Assembly: GCA_964584265.1 (NCBI GenBank)
Contig: CAZOZI010000001.1
Span: 1,623 to 65,622 of the forward strand
Source of the DNA: an uncultured Candidatus Saccharibacteria bacterium
GTDB taxonomy: Bacteria > Patescibacteriota > Saccharimonadia > Saccharimonadales > CAYVSP01
Direction of reading: 5' to 3'
Length of the DNA: 64,000 nucleotides
The notes under the pieces are model-generated. The model saw only the letters and a list, made by a program, of their open reading frames with translations. It was not told the DNA's origin and did not search any database. Within the stretch, counting starts at the first letter, position 1. Every line of letters starts with the position of its first letter. This document shows positions 29,748 through 39,815 of the stretch, piece after piece. The position numbers and the translations under genes are program-made.

Positions 29748-30254
29748 ATGAGCAACGATTCAACATTCCCTTTAGGAAACGATCTATTGCACATGGGTTT
29801 CTTTACCGTAGAACTAAGCAATGGTTCAACCTTTGATCCTCTTCACTATTTGGTTGCTGCACGAGAACATGAGTCTCTTGTAATCGATGGCATAGAGCGC
29901 TCCTGGGAAGACATATATAAGTCGGATTTGGCGCTTTTAGCGTATGATCTTATTTCGATTGGGAAGAAAGTAACGGATGATCCAAGTTTACGAGATGCAA
30001 TCTTTATGTCTGTTCTACGGATTGCCGAAACTTTGCCGCCAGCTTATACGGAAGGCGGTCAGGACGCTTATGGCAGCTCAAATGGGCTTTTTTCATCAGT
30101 ATTTTGGGTATTTTTTGAATCTGGCGATTATGAAAAAATGAAAAGTGTTTATGGGCAATGTAAGGACATTGTATCCGGAGAAGCACAGCACTACATGGAG
30201 CAAGCAGTAAAGGATCCCGAAGAATATAAAAAACGGCTTGATAACACAGAGTAG
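29748..30254 (+). CDS. hypothetical protein (168 aa) in the position usually occupied by infB
   Basis: ORF directly after nusA. No motif recognised. Confidence 0.45.
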   Translation: MSNDSTFPLGNDLLHMGFFTVELSNGSTFDPLHYLVAAREHESLVIDGIERSWEDIYKSDLALLAYDLISIGKKVTDDPSLRDAIFMSVLRIAETLPPAYTEGGQDAYGSSNGLFSSVFWVFFESGDYEKMKSVYGQCKDIVSGEAQHYMEQAVKDPEEYKKRLDNTE

Positions 30255-30264
30255 ATAGATAAAA

Positions 30265-30291
30265 TTAGCACTCTTGACCCATGAGTGCTAG
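30265..30291 (+). promoter_or_regulatory. CIRCE (HrcA operator) inverted repeat upstream of clpC
   Basis: TTAGCACTC-ttgacccat-GAGTGCTAg, 8/9+9/9 match to CIRCE consensus TTAGCACTC-N9-GAGTGCTAA. Loop contains -35 TTGACC; -10 TATAAT at 30296-30301 (16-nt spacer). Confidence 0.8.
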
Positions 30292-30351
30292 TTGGTATAA
30301 TAGGATTAGCGAAATATAGAATATTCGCCGAAGGGTAGGAAAATACATTTT

Positions 30352-32835
30352 ATGATGCCACAGAGTCCTGACTTTCAGGAATTTTTAAATCACTTAACGG
30401 ACAATGCGCTGGCCAGTTTGAAACACGCCGATGCCATTGCCCGTAGTTTTGGCAGTGCCTATATTGGCACTGAGCATTTACTTCTTGGAGTCTTGGCGCA
30501 AGATTCCAGCATGGGCGCTAAGATTCTCGGCAACGCAGGCGTAACGTTGGACCGCGCACGTTTGGCGCTTAATCTTACGCCAAAAACACTTGTTATAAAC
30601 CTAGGGGCCAAAGGGCTCAGTGAAACCGCTAAATTAACACTTAAAATGGCTTATGATGTGGCTCAGGACTTCAACCAAGAGTTCTGTGGTACCGAGCACA
30701 TCCTATACAGCGTTTTGACGCAAAAGAATGCACGGGCTACAACATTGCTGCGCGACATGAATGTGGACGTTGATGCCATGGTGAATGAACTTGAACAATT
30801 TCTTAACCGCCAGCAATATGAAGATGGCGGCAGTGGCACTAGTGAATCAAGGCGGCGAGTGGGTAAAAAACAGCGCAAAACGGCACTTGATTTCTTTGGA
30901 ACAGACCTTACCGAGCAAGCTAAAGATGGTAAACTTGATCCAGTTGTAGGCCGGGAAGCTCAAATCCGCCGTGTAATTACTATCTTGAACAGACGTACCA
31001 AGAATAATCCAGTTCTAATTGGTGAACCAGGAGTTGGTAAAACAGCCATAGTGGAAGGCCTAGCCCAACGTATTATCGCTGAAGACGTACCCGACAGCCT
31101 GTTGGATAAACGCATAGTCATGTTGGATTTGGCTGGTATGATTGCCGGCACTAAATACCGTGGTGAGTTTGAAGAGCGGCTCAAGAAAGTTATGAGTGAG
31201 CTGGAAAACGATAAGAAAACCATTGTTTTTATAGATGAACTTCATTTGATTGTAGGTGCTGGAGCGGCTGAGGGTGCCATGGACGCCGGCAACATTTTAA
31301 AACCAGCTTTGGCTCGCGGTAAAATCCAAGTCATTGGCGCCACCACCACAGCTGAATATACTAAGCATATAGAAAAAGATGCGGCACTGGAGCGACGTTT
31401 CCAGCCGATTCAGGTTCCTGAAACTACTGTTCCTGAAACGCTGTCTATCTTAAAAGGCTTGCGCAAGCACTACGAGGCTTTCCATAATGTCAAAGTTAGT
31501 GATGAAGTCTTGGAAGATACGGTGACACTGGCCAAACGCTACGTTAATGATCGCTATATGCCCGATAAGGCCATTGATCTAATGGACGAAACAGCAGCTT
31601 ATCTAAGGGTTGATAAAGGTAAAACTCCTCCAGAGGTACGTAGACTTAAAAAAGAACTAAAACTGGTAGAAACTCGCAAGGATGAAGCCAGCGATACCGA
31701 GGATTACGCCAAAGCAGCTCAGTATAAGCAGCGTGCTTCGCAAATAAGCGAAGAGCTGCACAAGTTACAATCAGGCGGCAAAGGTGCAAACAAGCTGACA
31801 ATGCATAGTGATGATGTAGCCGAAGTGGTGGCTCGAATGACTGGTGTTCCAGTCACAAAGGTCATACGTTCTGAAGCAAAATATCTACTGAACCTTGAGA
31901 AACAACTTGGTAAATTCGTAATTGGCCAAGATGAAGCAGTCAGTGCGGTCGCCAAAGCAGTCCGCCGTAACCGAGCCGGCATTAGTGGTGGCCAGCGTCC
32001 CATCGGATCATTTATTTTCCTGGGACCGACCGGGGTAGGCAAAACCGAGTTGGCACGAGTACTTGCTCGAGAATTCTTTGGTTCAGTTGAGGCCATGGTC
32101 AAGATTGACATGAGTGAGTTCGGTGAGCGCCACACGGTATCACGTCTAGTCGGAGCCCCCGCCGGCTATGTTGGCTACGACGAAGGCGGCCAATTAACAG
32201 ATAAGGTTCGCCGCCAACCGTATAGCCTGATATTGTTTGACGAAATTGAAAAAGCTCATCCAGAAGTTTTTAACATGCTACTTCAGATACTGGAGGATGG
32301 TGTCTTGACAGACGCCAAAGGCCGTAAAATTGATTTTAGTAACACCATTGTAATCATGACCAGCAATATTGGAGCTGAAAAATTGCAAAAGGAAGCTTCA
32401 CTTGGCTTTCATGCCAGCGGAGCAAACGATCTCAAGGATTTGGCCCAGCTTCATAGCAACAACAAAGACAAAGTACTTGACGAGCTAAAAAAGACAATGC
32501 GCCCAGAACTACTCAACCGTATTGATAAGATTATTGTTTTCCGGGCGCTTACCAAAAAAGACGTGCTCAGAATACTTGATCTGCAAATTGAAGAACTTAA
32601 ACAACGGCTTGTTAAACACGGTCTAGGACTTGAAGTAACGACTGCTGCTAAACACCACCTTCTTGAAAATGGTTACGATGCTCACAATGGAGTAAGGCCT
32701 ATGCGCCGCTTGCTGCAAGATACAATCGAAGATCACATCGCTCTGGAATTGCTTGATAACCACTATGCCAAGGGCGATATCGTGGAAGTTGAAGCCAAAA
32801 ACAAAGAACTTGTCTACAATGCCTCAAACGAATAA
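30352..32835 (+). CDS. clpC: ATP-dependent Clp protease ATP-binding subunit ClpC
   Basis: Two Clp-N repeats, two AAA+ modules ([15 protein letters not shown]; [15 protein letters not shown]), UVR-like linker. 827 aa. Confidence 0.92.
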   Translation: MMPQSPDFQEFLNHLTDNALASLKHADAIARSFGSAYIGTEHLLLGVLAQDSSMGAKILGNAGVTLDRARLALNLTPKTLVINLGAKGLSETAKLTLKMAYDVAQDFNQEFCGTEHILYSVLTQKNARATTLLRDMNVDVDAMVNELEQFLNRQQYEDGGSGTSESRRRVGKKQRKTALDFFGTDLTEQAKDGKLDPVVGREAQIRRVITILNRRTKNNPVLIGEPGVGKTAIVEGLAQRIIAEDVPDSLLDKRIVMLDLAGMIAGTKYRGEFEERLKKVMSELENDKKTIVFIDELHLIVGAGAAEGAMDAGNILKPALARGKIQVIGATTTAEYTKHIEKDAALERRFQPIQVPETTVPETLSILKGLRKHYEAFHNVKVSDEVLEDTVTLAKRYVNDRYMPDKAIDLMDETAAYLRVDKGKTPPEVRRLKKELKLVETRKDEASDTEDYAKAAQYKQRASQISEELHKLQSGGKGANKLTMHSDDVAEVVARMTGVPVTKVIRSEAKYLLNLEKQLGKFVIGQDEAVSAVAKAVRRNRAGISGGQRPIGSFIFLGPTGVGKTELARVLAREFFGSVEAMVKIDMSEFGERHTVSRLVGAPAGYVGYDEGGQLTDKVRRQPYSLILFDEIEKAHPEVFNMLLQILEDGVLTDAKGRKIDFSNTIVIMTSNIGAEKLQKEASLGFHASGANDLKDLAQLHSNNKDKVLDELKKTMRPELLNRIDKIIVFRALTKKDVLRILDLQIEELKQRLVKHGLGLEVTTAAKHHLLENGYDAHNGVRPMRRLLQDTIEDHIALELLDNHYAKGDIVEVEAKNKELVYNASNE

Positions 32836-32881
32836 ATCAAAAAGTGGCAACTAGCGCACTTCCTAAGCTATACTTTAACCT

Positions 32882-33826
32882 GTGAAAAGTACCTTTAGGC
32901 GAATAATCAAGGTTATATTTAGCCTGCTGATTATAGCCGCACTAGCTTTTGCTTGGTTACAAAAACAAGCCTTGTATGACTGGTGGCAACTACGACACTA
33001 CCAACCATCTGCCACAATTACTCAAATAGCTAGCAGTGATACAATGACGGCCAAAGCTCAGCATATTTTTTATGTGTACCATCCAGAATTAGATGATAAG
33101 AGCAACTTCAGTAGCCACTGTGGCAACTACGGCGAGCAGACCATTGTGCTTGGGTGCTACAATCACGCAAAAGGCATCTTTATATATGACGTCAAAGACG
33201 AACGGCTACGTGGAGTCACGCAAGTTACAGCTGCTCATGAAATGCTGCATGCCGCCTATGATCGGCTATCATCAGACGATAAACAAAACGTCGATAACCT
33301 CATAAATCAGACATATGCCAATCTCCAGGACCAGCGAATCCGCACCAACATCGAGAACTATCGTAAGCAAGGCGCCGATGTTACTAATGAGCTCCATTCA
33401 ATTCTGGCTACCGAAGTAAGTGATTTGCCAGCACCACTTGAGAAGTACTACCAGCGGTATTTCTCAAATCGTAAACAAATAGTTAATTATTCTAACGCGT
33501 ACGAAGATACTTTTACGTCGTTAAAAGCACAGGCTGATCAAATATCCAACCAGTTGGTAAGCTTAAAGTCTACTATCGATACGCTTAAAGCTCAGCTAGA
33601 GCAAGAGCAACAGGCTCTCAATGCCCAGCGCCCGACTATAAATACTCAAGCAGAAGCTGACGCTTACAATGCCAATGTGCGAAGCTACAATAATCAAGTT
33701 GACCAGCTAAGCGCCTTAATTAAGCGATTCAATGATTTAGTAGCTCAACAGAATCAACTGGCTCTCTTGTACAAACAGCTCTATAGTGCGGTTGATAGTC
33801 GTCCGACTGCTGTTCCTCTTCAGTAA
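32882..33826 (+). CDS. hypothetical membrane-anchored protein with HExxH motif and Q-rich coiled-coil C-terminus
   Basis: GTG start. N-terminal TM (IIKVIFSLLIIAALAFAWL). AAHEMLHAAYDRL (HEMLH). C-terminal Q/L/A-rich heptads. Confidence 0.55.
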   Translation: MKSTFRRIIKVIFSLLIIAALAFAWLQKQALYDWWQLRHYQPSATITQIASSDTMTAKAQHIFYVYHPELDDKSNFSSHCGNYGEQTIVLGCYNHAKGIFIYDVKDERLRGVTQVTAAHEMLHAAYDRLSSDDKQNVDNLINQTYANLQDQRIRTNIENYRKQGADVTNELHSILATEVSDLPAPLEKYYQRYFSNRKQIVNYSNAYEDTFTSLKAQADQISNQLVSLKSTIDTLKAQLEQEQQALNAQRPTINTQAEADAYNANVRSYNNQVDQLSALIKRFNDLVAQQNQLALLYKQLYSAVDSRPTAVPLQ

Positions 33827-33843
33827 TTTGATAAACTATCGCT

Positions 33844-35196
33844 ATGGCCAAGAAACCGAGTGTGAAATTTGTCTGTTCTAATTGCGGAAGCATTGCAGCT
33901 ACCTGGTCAGGCCGTTGCCATGTTTGTGGTGAGTGGAATACATTGCAAGAACAAGTCGATATAAGTAGTACCAGCGTTGGTAAAAGCGGCACTGCTTTAG
34001 TACCTAATGATGTTAGCAACCTTATAAAGTCTGATATACAAGCGAGGCTGAAGACTGGGATGAATGATGTAGATGTTGTGCTAGGTGGCGGTATTGTGCC
34101 TGGCAGCGTTACGCTACTCGCTGGGCAGCCCGGTATTGGCAAAAGTACCATATTGCTGCAAATAGCACAGCACGTTGCCGTAAGTCAGCAGGTACTCTAT
34201 GTTAGCGGCGAGGAATCTGCTCACCAAATTGGTCTCAGAGCTTCGCGGCTCGGCCTAAAATCCAGTAAGTTGCAGCTAGCTACAAGTAATAGTGCCGACG
34301 ATGTTGCCAGCACGCTCACTTCAGGCGAATATAAGCTCGTAGTTGTTGATTCCATCCAGACTATGAGCGTCAGTGGCATTAGTTCGGCAACGGGTTCAAT
34401 TAGCCAAATTACCAATAGCACGCAACTATTAAGTGCAGCTGCCAAGCAATCTAATACTGCCGTTGTTATTGTTGGTCACGTTACCAAAGAAGGCTCCATT
34501 GCTGGGCCAAAACTCCTGGAACACATGGTTGATGTAGTGCTGCAGTTGGAGGGTGACCGCTATGGTGGTTTTAAACTACTGCGGGGCCTTAAAAACCGGT
34601 TTGGTTCGACCAATGAAACTGGTATTTTTGAAATGGCAGATGAAGGGCTCAAACCGGTCGAAAACCCCTCAGCAGCACTGCTGGCCGAACGGCAAATAAC
34701 CGACGGTTCAGTAGTGCTCGCAACTATGGAGGGGTCAAGGCCACTTTTAGTTGAAGTACAAGCTTTAGTTAACCGTAGCTCTTACGGCTACCCCAAACGG
34801 GCGGCTAGTGGATATGACTTGAATCGCCTCAACTTGCTGGTAGCTATGCTCGAGCGTCGCACAAAACTTAACCTGGCTGACCAAGATATTTACGTCAATA
34901 TCGTTGGCGGAATTCGCATAACCGAGCCAGCGGCGGATTTAGCAGTGGTTATGGCTATAGCCTCGGCCACCAAAGGCATGCAACTGAAAAAAAATGCTGT
35001 GGTGTTTGGTGAGGTTGGACTGTCGGGCGAAGTCCGTCATGTTCCGCAGCTAGAAAAAAGACTAGCCGAAGCCAACAAGCTTGGGTTCAATACTGCAATC
35101 GGGCCAGCTGTTCGGAGCGGTAAAAAACCGGCTGGCTTACAATCTGTCACAAACGTTCGGACTGCTCTAAATCAATTCCTTGAAAAAGAGAGCTAA
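33844..35196 (+). CDS. radA: DNA repair protein RadA/Sms
   Basis: C4 zinc finger (CSNCGS...CHVCGEW), Walker A GQPGIGKST, KNRFG motif, Lon-like C-terminal domain. Confidence 0.93.
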   Translation: MAKKPSVKFVCSNCGSIAATWSGRCHVCGEWNTLQEQVDISSTSVGKSGTALVPNDVSNLIKSDIQARLKTGMNDVDVVLGGGIVPGSVTLLAGQPGIGKSTILLQIAQHVAVSQQVLYVSGEESAHQIGLRASRLGLKSSKLQLATSNSADDVASTLTSGEYKLVVVDSIQTMSVSGISSATGSISQITNSTQLLSAAAKQSNTAVVIVGHVTKEGSIAGPKLLEHMVDVVLQLEGDRYGGFKLLRGLKNRFGSTNETGIFEMADEGLKPVENPSAALLAERQITDGSVVLATMEGSRPLLVEVQALVNRSSYGYPKRAASGYDLNRLNLLVAMLERRTKLNLADQDIYVNIVGGIRITEPAADLAVVMAIASATKGMQLKKNAVVFGEVGLSGEVRHVPQLEKRLAEANKLGFNTAIGPAVRSGKKPAGLQSVTNVRTALNQFLEKES

Positions 35197-38100
35197 TTTC
35201 TACGAATATGAACAGTGCTCGAATGGCCAGCGCTGTCAGTAACTGTAATGGTGTGAAAGTTGTTGTCAGCCAGTATGACGGCACAATTTGATGCGGAAGT
35301 ATTCTGGCACCCAGGTACTGAACTACCATCCTTAGTCACGCTGTATGTTGCGGTTCCGCCACTCCATGCAACATTCGGAGTATTGCCCACTCCGGTGGCA
35401 TTATCGCTTGGGCTTGTGATGGTTAAAGGGCTGCCTCCACCTCCGGAGAAGGAAATTGAAGCTGCACTACTTGTCGAGTCATATAGGACACTATCAATTA
35501 CTTGAACCGTTACATCCTGTGTGCCACTACCACTATAATTAAAGGTGAGCCCGTAGTTGCTGACTGGTCCAGTGATTTGGAACGATTTTACTATCTGACC
35601 ACCTATTTTGACATTAAGAGTACCCGGGAATTGTGAATATTGGCTATCACTTAGAGGGTGTGTGCCGGCACTGGCATTGACATAAATTGTGCAGTCACCA
35701 CTGCAACTAGAGGGTGCACTAGCTATATTTACGGAAGGGGGAGCGTCTCCGCATTGGTGGATGTCGTCTTTTTGTTGCGTTCCTCCGCTATTGGCAGCGC
35801 CAGCACCGTAGAATATATCTACCGAGAATGAATTTGAGTCAGCATTACCAACCGTCTTTTTAGCAAGAGCTGGCGTACAATCGGTCGCTAGCTTATTAGA
35901 GACAATATCGATCGTCTGGGGCCCAGTGTTTTTAGCGACGCCAGTGTACCAAGATGGGAACAAATCATTGGTCGGACTCGGTTCAATGTCGCCATAGTGG
36001 ACATGATTTCGTACTACAAATGACGGTAAACTTTTGATGCCCGTAGGCTGAACCCAACTAACCGGTTTGAGATTGGCATGGGCTGCCACCATCCAGTCAC
36101 GTGTGAGTGGAGTGGTCAGGTATTCCATGCCAGGGCCACCCAGATTTTTATTGCGGGTGTGGTTACCAACCCACGACACAACAGCATACTTAGTTGACCA
36201 ACTTGTCATTAGTCCGTCAAAGCCATTATTAGTAGTACCGGTCTTTACGGCGAAGTGCCAACCATTTGGCTGGCTATGGAACTTATATGCACCAGGCAGG
36301 TAACTGGCGTTACCATCAGAAGCCATGTTATCGACTATGTAAGCCGCGTCCGGGCGGATAACTTGTTTGCCCTGCGGTTGCTTCCACTGGTCAATTGTTT
36401 TACCACCGCCGTCAGATATTTTCAGAATAAAAGTGTGCGGTATTGCACTCCCAAGCCGCGCCAAAGTAGCAAGACCATTGGCATGGTCATCAAGATGCAA
36501 GAATGCACCGTCGCCAATGGCTGATGCACCGTAGCACTGCACCGTGTCAGCTTGCGTGGCATTACTGATATCAATGCCTGGCTTGTAACATTGATAAGCC
36601 TTGTCAGTGTTAGGATCAGCCATCATAGCTGAAGCGGTCGATATAACTTTGTTAATTGAATTGACGTGGTCGGGACTGGAATCATTGGGTAGCGCTGACA
36701 GCATAGCTTTAACGGCCGGAATATTACGTGAACCACCTAGCGCATAACGCAGCGTTAGTGGTCCTGGCTGCAAGAAGTCATAGTCAGTCAAGCAGTTCCC
36801 ATTGCCTTTAGGCGGGGGCGAGGAGTGATCGGTGCACGGGTATCCTGGTAGTGGTCCTTGGGTATCGTACATGACTGATCCGGCGCCTACGTTTGTATGA
36901 TTATCTATCAAAGCAGCATAGTCGTACGGTTTGAAGCTAGAACCTGGTGGAATAAAGGCATCGTGTGCGTAGTTGATTTTGCCGTGATCTGGGTTAGTAA
37001 AATCCGTGCCACCGACCAGTGATACAACCTGGCCGGTTTGGACATCCTCTGCCACCATGGCTTCTTCGTCGGCCACTCCGCGGGTCAAGCTTCGAATATT
37101 GGGTATATTTTTGGCAACTAATTGCTCTGCCTTATCTTGCAGTGTCAAATCTAGCGTTGTAATGACTTTCCAGCCACTACGATTGACGGTGTCCGTGTAC
37201 TTGGCTTCAAGTTCTTTGCGAGCGGCCAAGACAAAATATGGTGCTTTAATGCCTTCATAGTGAGTTGGTCGTGGTTTAACTTCAGCTACCGTATCAACTT
37301 TCTTTGCGTCATCACGCTCCTTAGCACTAATCATGTGCTGCTGCTCCATGAGATCAAGGATATAATGCTGCCGAGCCACTAGTGCTTGTTTATCAAAGTA
37401 CTCACTGTAAGGCGAATAAAGACCCGGCGCCTTCGGTATGGCTGCTAACATGGCCGATTCACTAAGGGTTAGATCCTTGGCCGACTTCTGGAAATAATTG
37501 CGTGCGGCCGCTTCAGCGCCGTACTCAATACCACCGTAAGGTGCGGCATTCAAATAACCTGTAAGAATCTGGTTTTTTGAATATGAGCGTTCCAGTTCAA
37601 CGGCCAGAATAATTTCTTTAACTTTGCGCGTAACAGTTTGCTGACTGCCAACGCCTCGAATTGTCAGACGTACGAGCTGTTGGGTTATGGTTGAACCTCC
37701 TTGTGTGCCTCCATGGCCAAGTGCATCGTTCACACCAGCACGGGCAATACCGCGGACATCAAACCCACCATGATGGAAGAAGTCTTTATCTTCTACTGCA
37801 ACCGTTGCCAGTTTAATAGCCGGTGCAATATCATCCTCTTTCACTGGTATACGCTTCACCCCATTAACATCTTCCCACAAGAGTGTTTGGCCAGTACGAT
37901 CATAATAGAGCACGCTGCCGCCAATATTGTTGCCAGAAATATCAGTAATATTTGGTAGGTCTTTTCTAAAGTAGGCAAATAAACCAACTAGCAGGATAAA
38001 GCCTGCCGCAATACTGATACCGATAACTTTGAGCGCCATGATAGCGCCCTCGCGGCTAAACCAGTAGTGATAAAGACGGGCTGGTTGTAAACGATACAAA

Positions 38101-38270
38101 AAGCGATGCAAGCGATCTTTGGGCATGCCAGATAAGCGAGTGGCCTTGCGTCTTTCGGCACTATCTCGGTGCGCCACGTAGCGCTGCAGAAGATTACGGT
38201 GTACTTTTATCTCCTTGCCACTCTTGGTGACATGTATATTCGAATTCCGGCGCTTGTTACTGCTTGCCAT
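35193..38270 (-). CDS. bifunctional penicillin-binding protein 1A (GT51 transglycosylase + transpeptidase) with long S/T/G-rich C-terminal extension
   Basis: GT51 motifs (EDKDFFHHGGFD, GGSTITQQL), SxxK (SSFKP), KTGT. ~250 aa extra C-terminal low-complexity beta-rich region. 1025 aa. Confidence 0.9.
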   Translation of the reverse strand: MASSNKRRNSNIHVTKSGKEIKVHRNLLQRYVAHRDSAERRKATRLSGMPKDRLHRFLYRLQPARLYHYWFSREGAIMALKVIGISIAAGFILLVGLFAYFRKDLPNITDISGNNIGGSVLYYDRTGQTLLWEDVNGVKRIPVKEDDIAPAIKLATVAVEDKDFFHHGGFDVRGIARAGVNDALGHGGTQGGSTITQQLVRLTIRGVGSQQTVTRKVKEIILAVELERSYSKNQILTGYLNAAPYGGIEYGAEAAARNYFQKSAKDLTLSESAMLAAIPKAPGLYSPYSEYFDKQALVARQHYILDLMEQQHMISAKERDDAKKVDTVAEVKPRPTHYEGIKAPYFVLAARKELEAKYTDTVNRSGWKVITTLDLTLQDKAEQLVAKNIPNIRSLTRGVADEEAMVAEDVQTGQVVSLVGGTDFTNPDHGKINYAHDAFIPPGSSFKPYDYAALIDNHTNVGAGSVMYDTQGPLPGYPCTDHSSPPPKGNGNCLTDYDFLQPGPLTLRYALGGSRNIPAVKAMLSALPNDSSPDHVNSINKVISTASAMMADPNTDKAYQCYKPGIDISNATQADTVQCYGASAIGDGAFLHLDDHANGLATLARLGSAIPHTFILKISDGGGKTIDQWKQPQGKQVIRPDAAYIVDNMASDGNASYLPGAYKFHSQPNGWHFAVKTGTTNNGFDGLMTSWSTKYAVVSWVGNHTRNKNLGGPGMEYLTTPLTRDWMVAAHANLKPVSWVQPTGIKSLPSFVVRNHVHYGDIEPSPTNDLFPSWYTGVAKNTGPQTIDIVSNKLATDCTPALAKKTVGNADSNSFSVDIFYGAGAANSGGTQQKDDIHQCGDAPPSVNIASAPSSCSGDCTIYVNASAGTHPLSDSQYSQFPGTLNVKIGGQIVKSFQITGPVSNYGLTFNYSGSGTQDVTVQVIDSVLYDSTSSAASISFSGGGGSPLTITSPSDNATGVGNTPNVAWSGGTATYSVTKDGSSVPGCQNTSASNCAVILADNNFHTITVTDSAGHSSTVHIRRN

Positions 38271-38376
38271 ACTTAACTAAAATACCTCTTGGGCATTCGA
38301 CTATTATAGCAAATTTAATGCATAAAAAGCAGAAGCATTATGGCAGAAAAGTATGACTGTAGTACACTTGAGTATT

Positions 38377-39603
38377 ATGAACTTATCTGAAGAGTTACAG
38401 TGGCGGGGATTTGTAAACCAAACTACACTGGCAGATTTAGCACAACTTGATACTAAGAAGCTAACTTTTTATCACGGTTTTGACGCTTCGGCTGACTCGC
38501 AAACGGTTGGTAATCTTGCAGCCATGATGCTTGACAGAGTGTTTATGCGCCATGGAAACAAAGCTATTATTCTGGCGGGCGGCGCCACCAGCTTAATTGG
38601 CGATCCTGGCGGTAAAGACGTTGAGCGGTCCTTGCAAGACGATAAAACGGTTGCACAGAACATCAAAAAAGCCGAAGAACAACTCAAGCGTATCTTTAGC
38701 GGCCAAAGTTTTACACTCGTAAATAATCTGGACTGGACTAAAAATATGGGAGTGATTGAGTTTTTGCGCGATTACGGTAAGCATTTTTCAATAACGCCGC
38801 TTGTCCAGCGTGATTATATTGCAAAGCGTCTAGGCGAAGGCGGCAGCGGGATGAGTTACGCAGAGTTTAGTTACACCGTGCTGCAAGGCATGGATTATCT
38901 GCACTTGTTTGACAAATACGGTGTGACACTGCAACTTGGTGGTTCTGACCAGTGGGGTAATTGTTTATCGGGCGTGGAGCTCATTCGAAAAGCTCGCAGC
39001 AAAGAAGTGCATGCCATAACCTTACCGCTCGTTATTAATAAGGCCACTGGCAGAAAATTTGGAAAAAGCGAGGATGGTGCTATTTGGCTGGATGAAACCA
39101 AGACTAGCGTGTACCAATTTTATCAGTTTTGGCTGAATGTCGACGATAGCAGTGCGAGTGACTATCTTAAACTATTTACCGAATTGGATAAAACGGCGAT
39201 TAGTAGCGTAATGAAAGATTTTGAATCTGATAAAGGTAATCGATTAGCCCAAAAGACGCTAGCTTATGAAGTCACTAAGCTCGTACATGGCAAGCAACGA
39301 GCTGACGCGGTTAAAAAGGTTACGAATGTTCTGTTTGGCGACGGTGATTTTAATGATTTAAAAGACAGCGAGATAGAAATGCTCAAACAAGAATTGCCCA
39401 AGGTTCCTGCCAAGAAAGATTTAGCAGACTCCATTATTGAAGCTGGTTTGGCTGCTTCCAAGACTGAAGCGCGTAACTTCCAGGCTGCTGGCGCAATTAC
39501 AGTGAATGGCCAAAAAGTGGGCGTTAATCAGGAGGCGGTGTTTAAGTCAGGCGTAAATCTTTTAAAACGCGGCAAGAATAGCTTTGCTCTCATTGAAAAG
39601 TAG
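38377..39603 (+). CDS. tyrS: tyrosyl-tRNA synthetase (note degenerate HIGH motif)
   Basis: Co-linear with bacterial TyrRS: GGATSLIGDPGGK, GGSDQWGN, KFGKS (KMSKS equivalent), C-terminal S4 domain. HIGH position reads QTVGNL. Start at MNLSEEL (38377); alternative start 38353. Confidence 0.88.
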   Translation: MNLSEELQWRGFVNQTTLADLAQLDTKKLTFYHGFDASADSQTVGNLAAMMLDRVFMRHGNKAIILAGGATSLIGDPGGKDVERSLQDDKTVAQNIKKAEEQLKRIFSGQSFTLVNNLDWTKNMGVIEFLRDYGKHFSITPLVQRDYIAKRLGEGGSGMSYAEFSYTVLQGMDYLHLFDKYGVTLQLGGSDQWGNCLSGVELIRKARSKEVHAITLPLVINKATGRKFGKSEDGAIWLDETKTSVYQFYQFWLNVDDSSASDYLKLFTELDKTAISSVMKDFESDKGNRLAQKTLAYEVTKLVHGKQRADAVKKVTNVLFGDGDFNDLKDSEIEMLKQELPKVPAKKDLADSIIEAGLAASKTEARNFQAAGAITVNGQKVGVNQEAVFKSGVNLLKRGKNSFALIEK

Positions 39604-39776
39604 CCTAGACTTATGCGCCGCGTTGACCTGCTTGCCGGCAGAGCCCGCAAGGCCGCCAACGCTTTTGGCGAATTGCTGCGTTGCTATCTCCAGTACTCAC
39701 TCACCGTACTCTCTGTACGGCTCGCTCCGTGCTTCGCTGACGTCTTGCACTTCATCCAAACACAAAAGTCTAGGTT

Positions 39777-39805
39777 TTGTTAGTGAGAATTTAAATTGAT
39801 ATACT
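39777..39805 (+). promoter_or_regulatory. putative promoter giving a leaderless methyltransferase mRNA
   Basis: TTGTTA-17 nt-TATACT; -10 ends 10 nt before ATG 39816. Confidence 0.35.
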
Positions 39806-39815
39806 GCTAGCCGCG

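Noticed and set aside
38271-38376. T-box leader upstream of tyrS
   Set aside because: Only about 100 nt of upstream sequence with no T-box consensus (AATTAGGGTGGTACCGCG-like) or specifier/antiterminator structure.
39604-39774. MITE-like element bounded by 9-bp inverted repeats
   Set aside because: A 9-bp inverted repeat within ~300 nt is expected dozens of times by chance in a 64-kb window. No target-site duplication or second copy seen. Kept only as a low-interest unexplained region.
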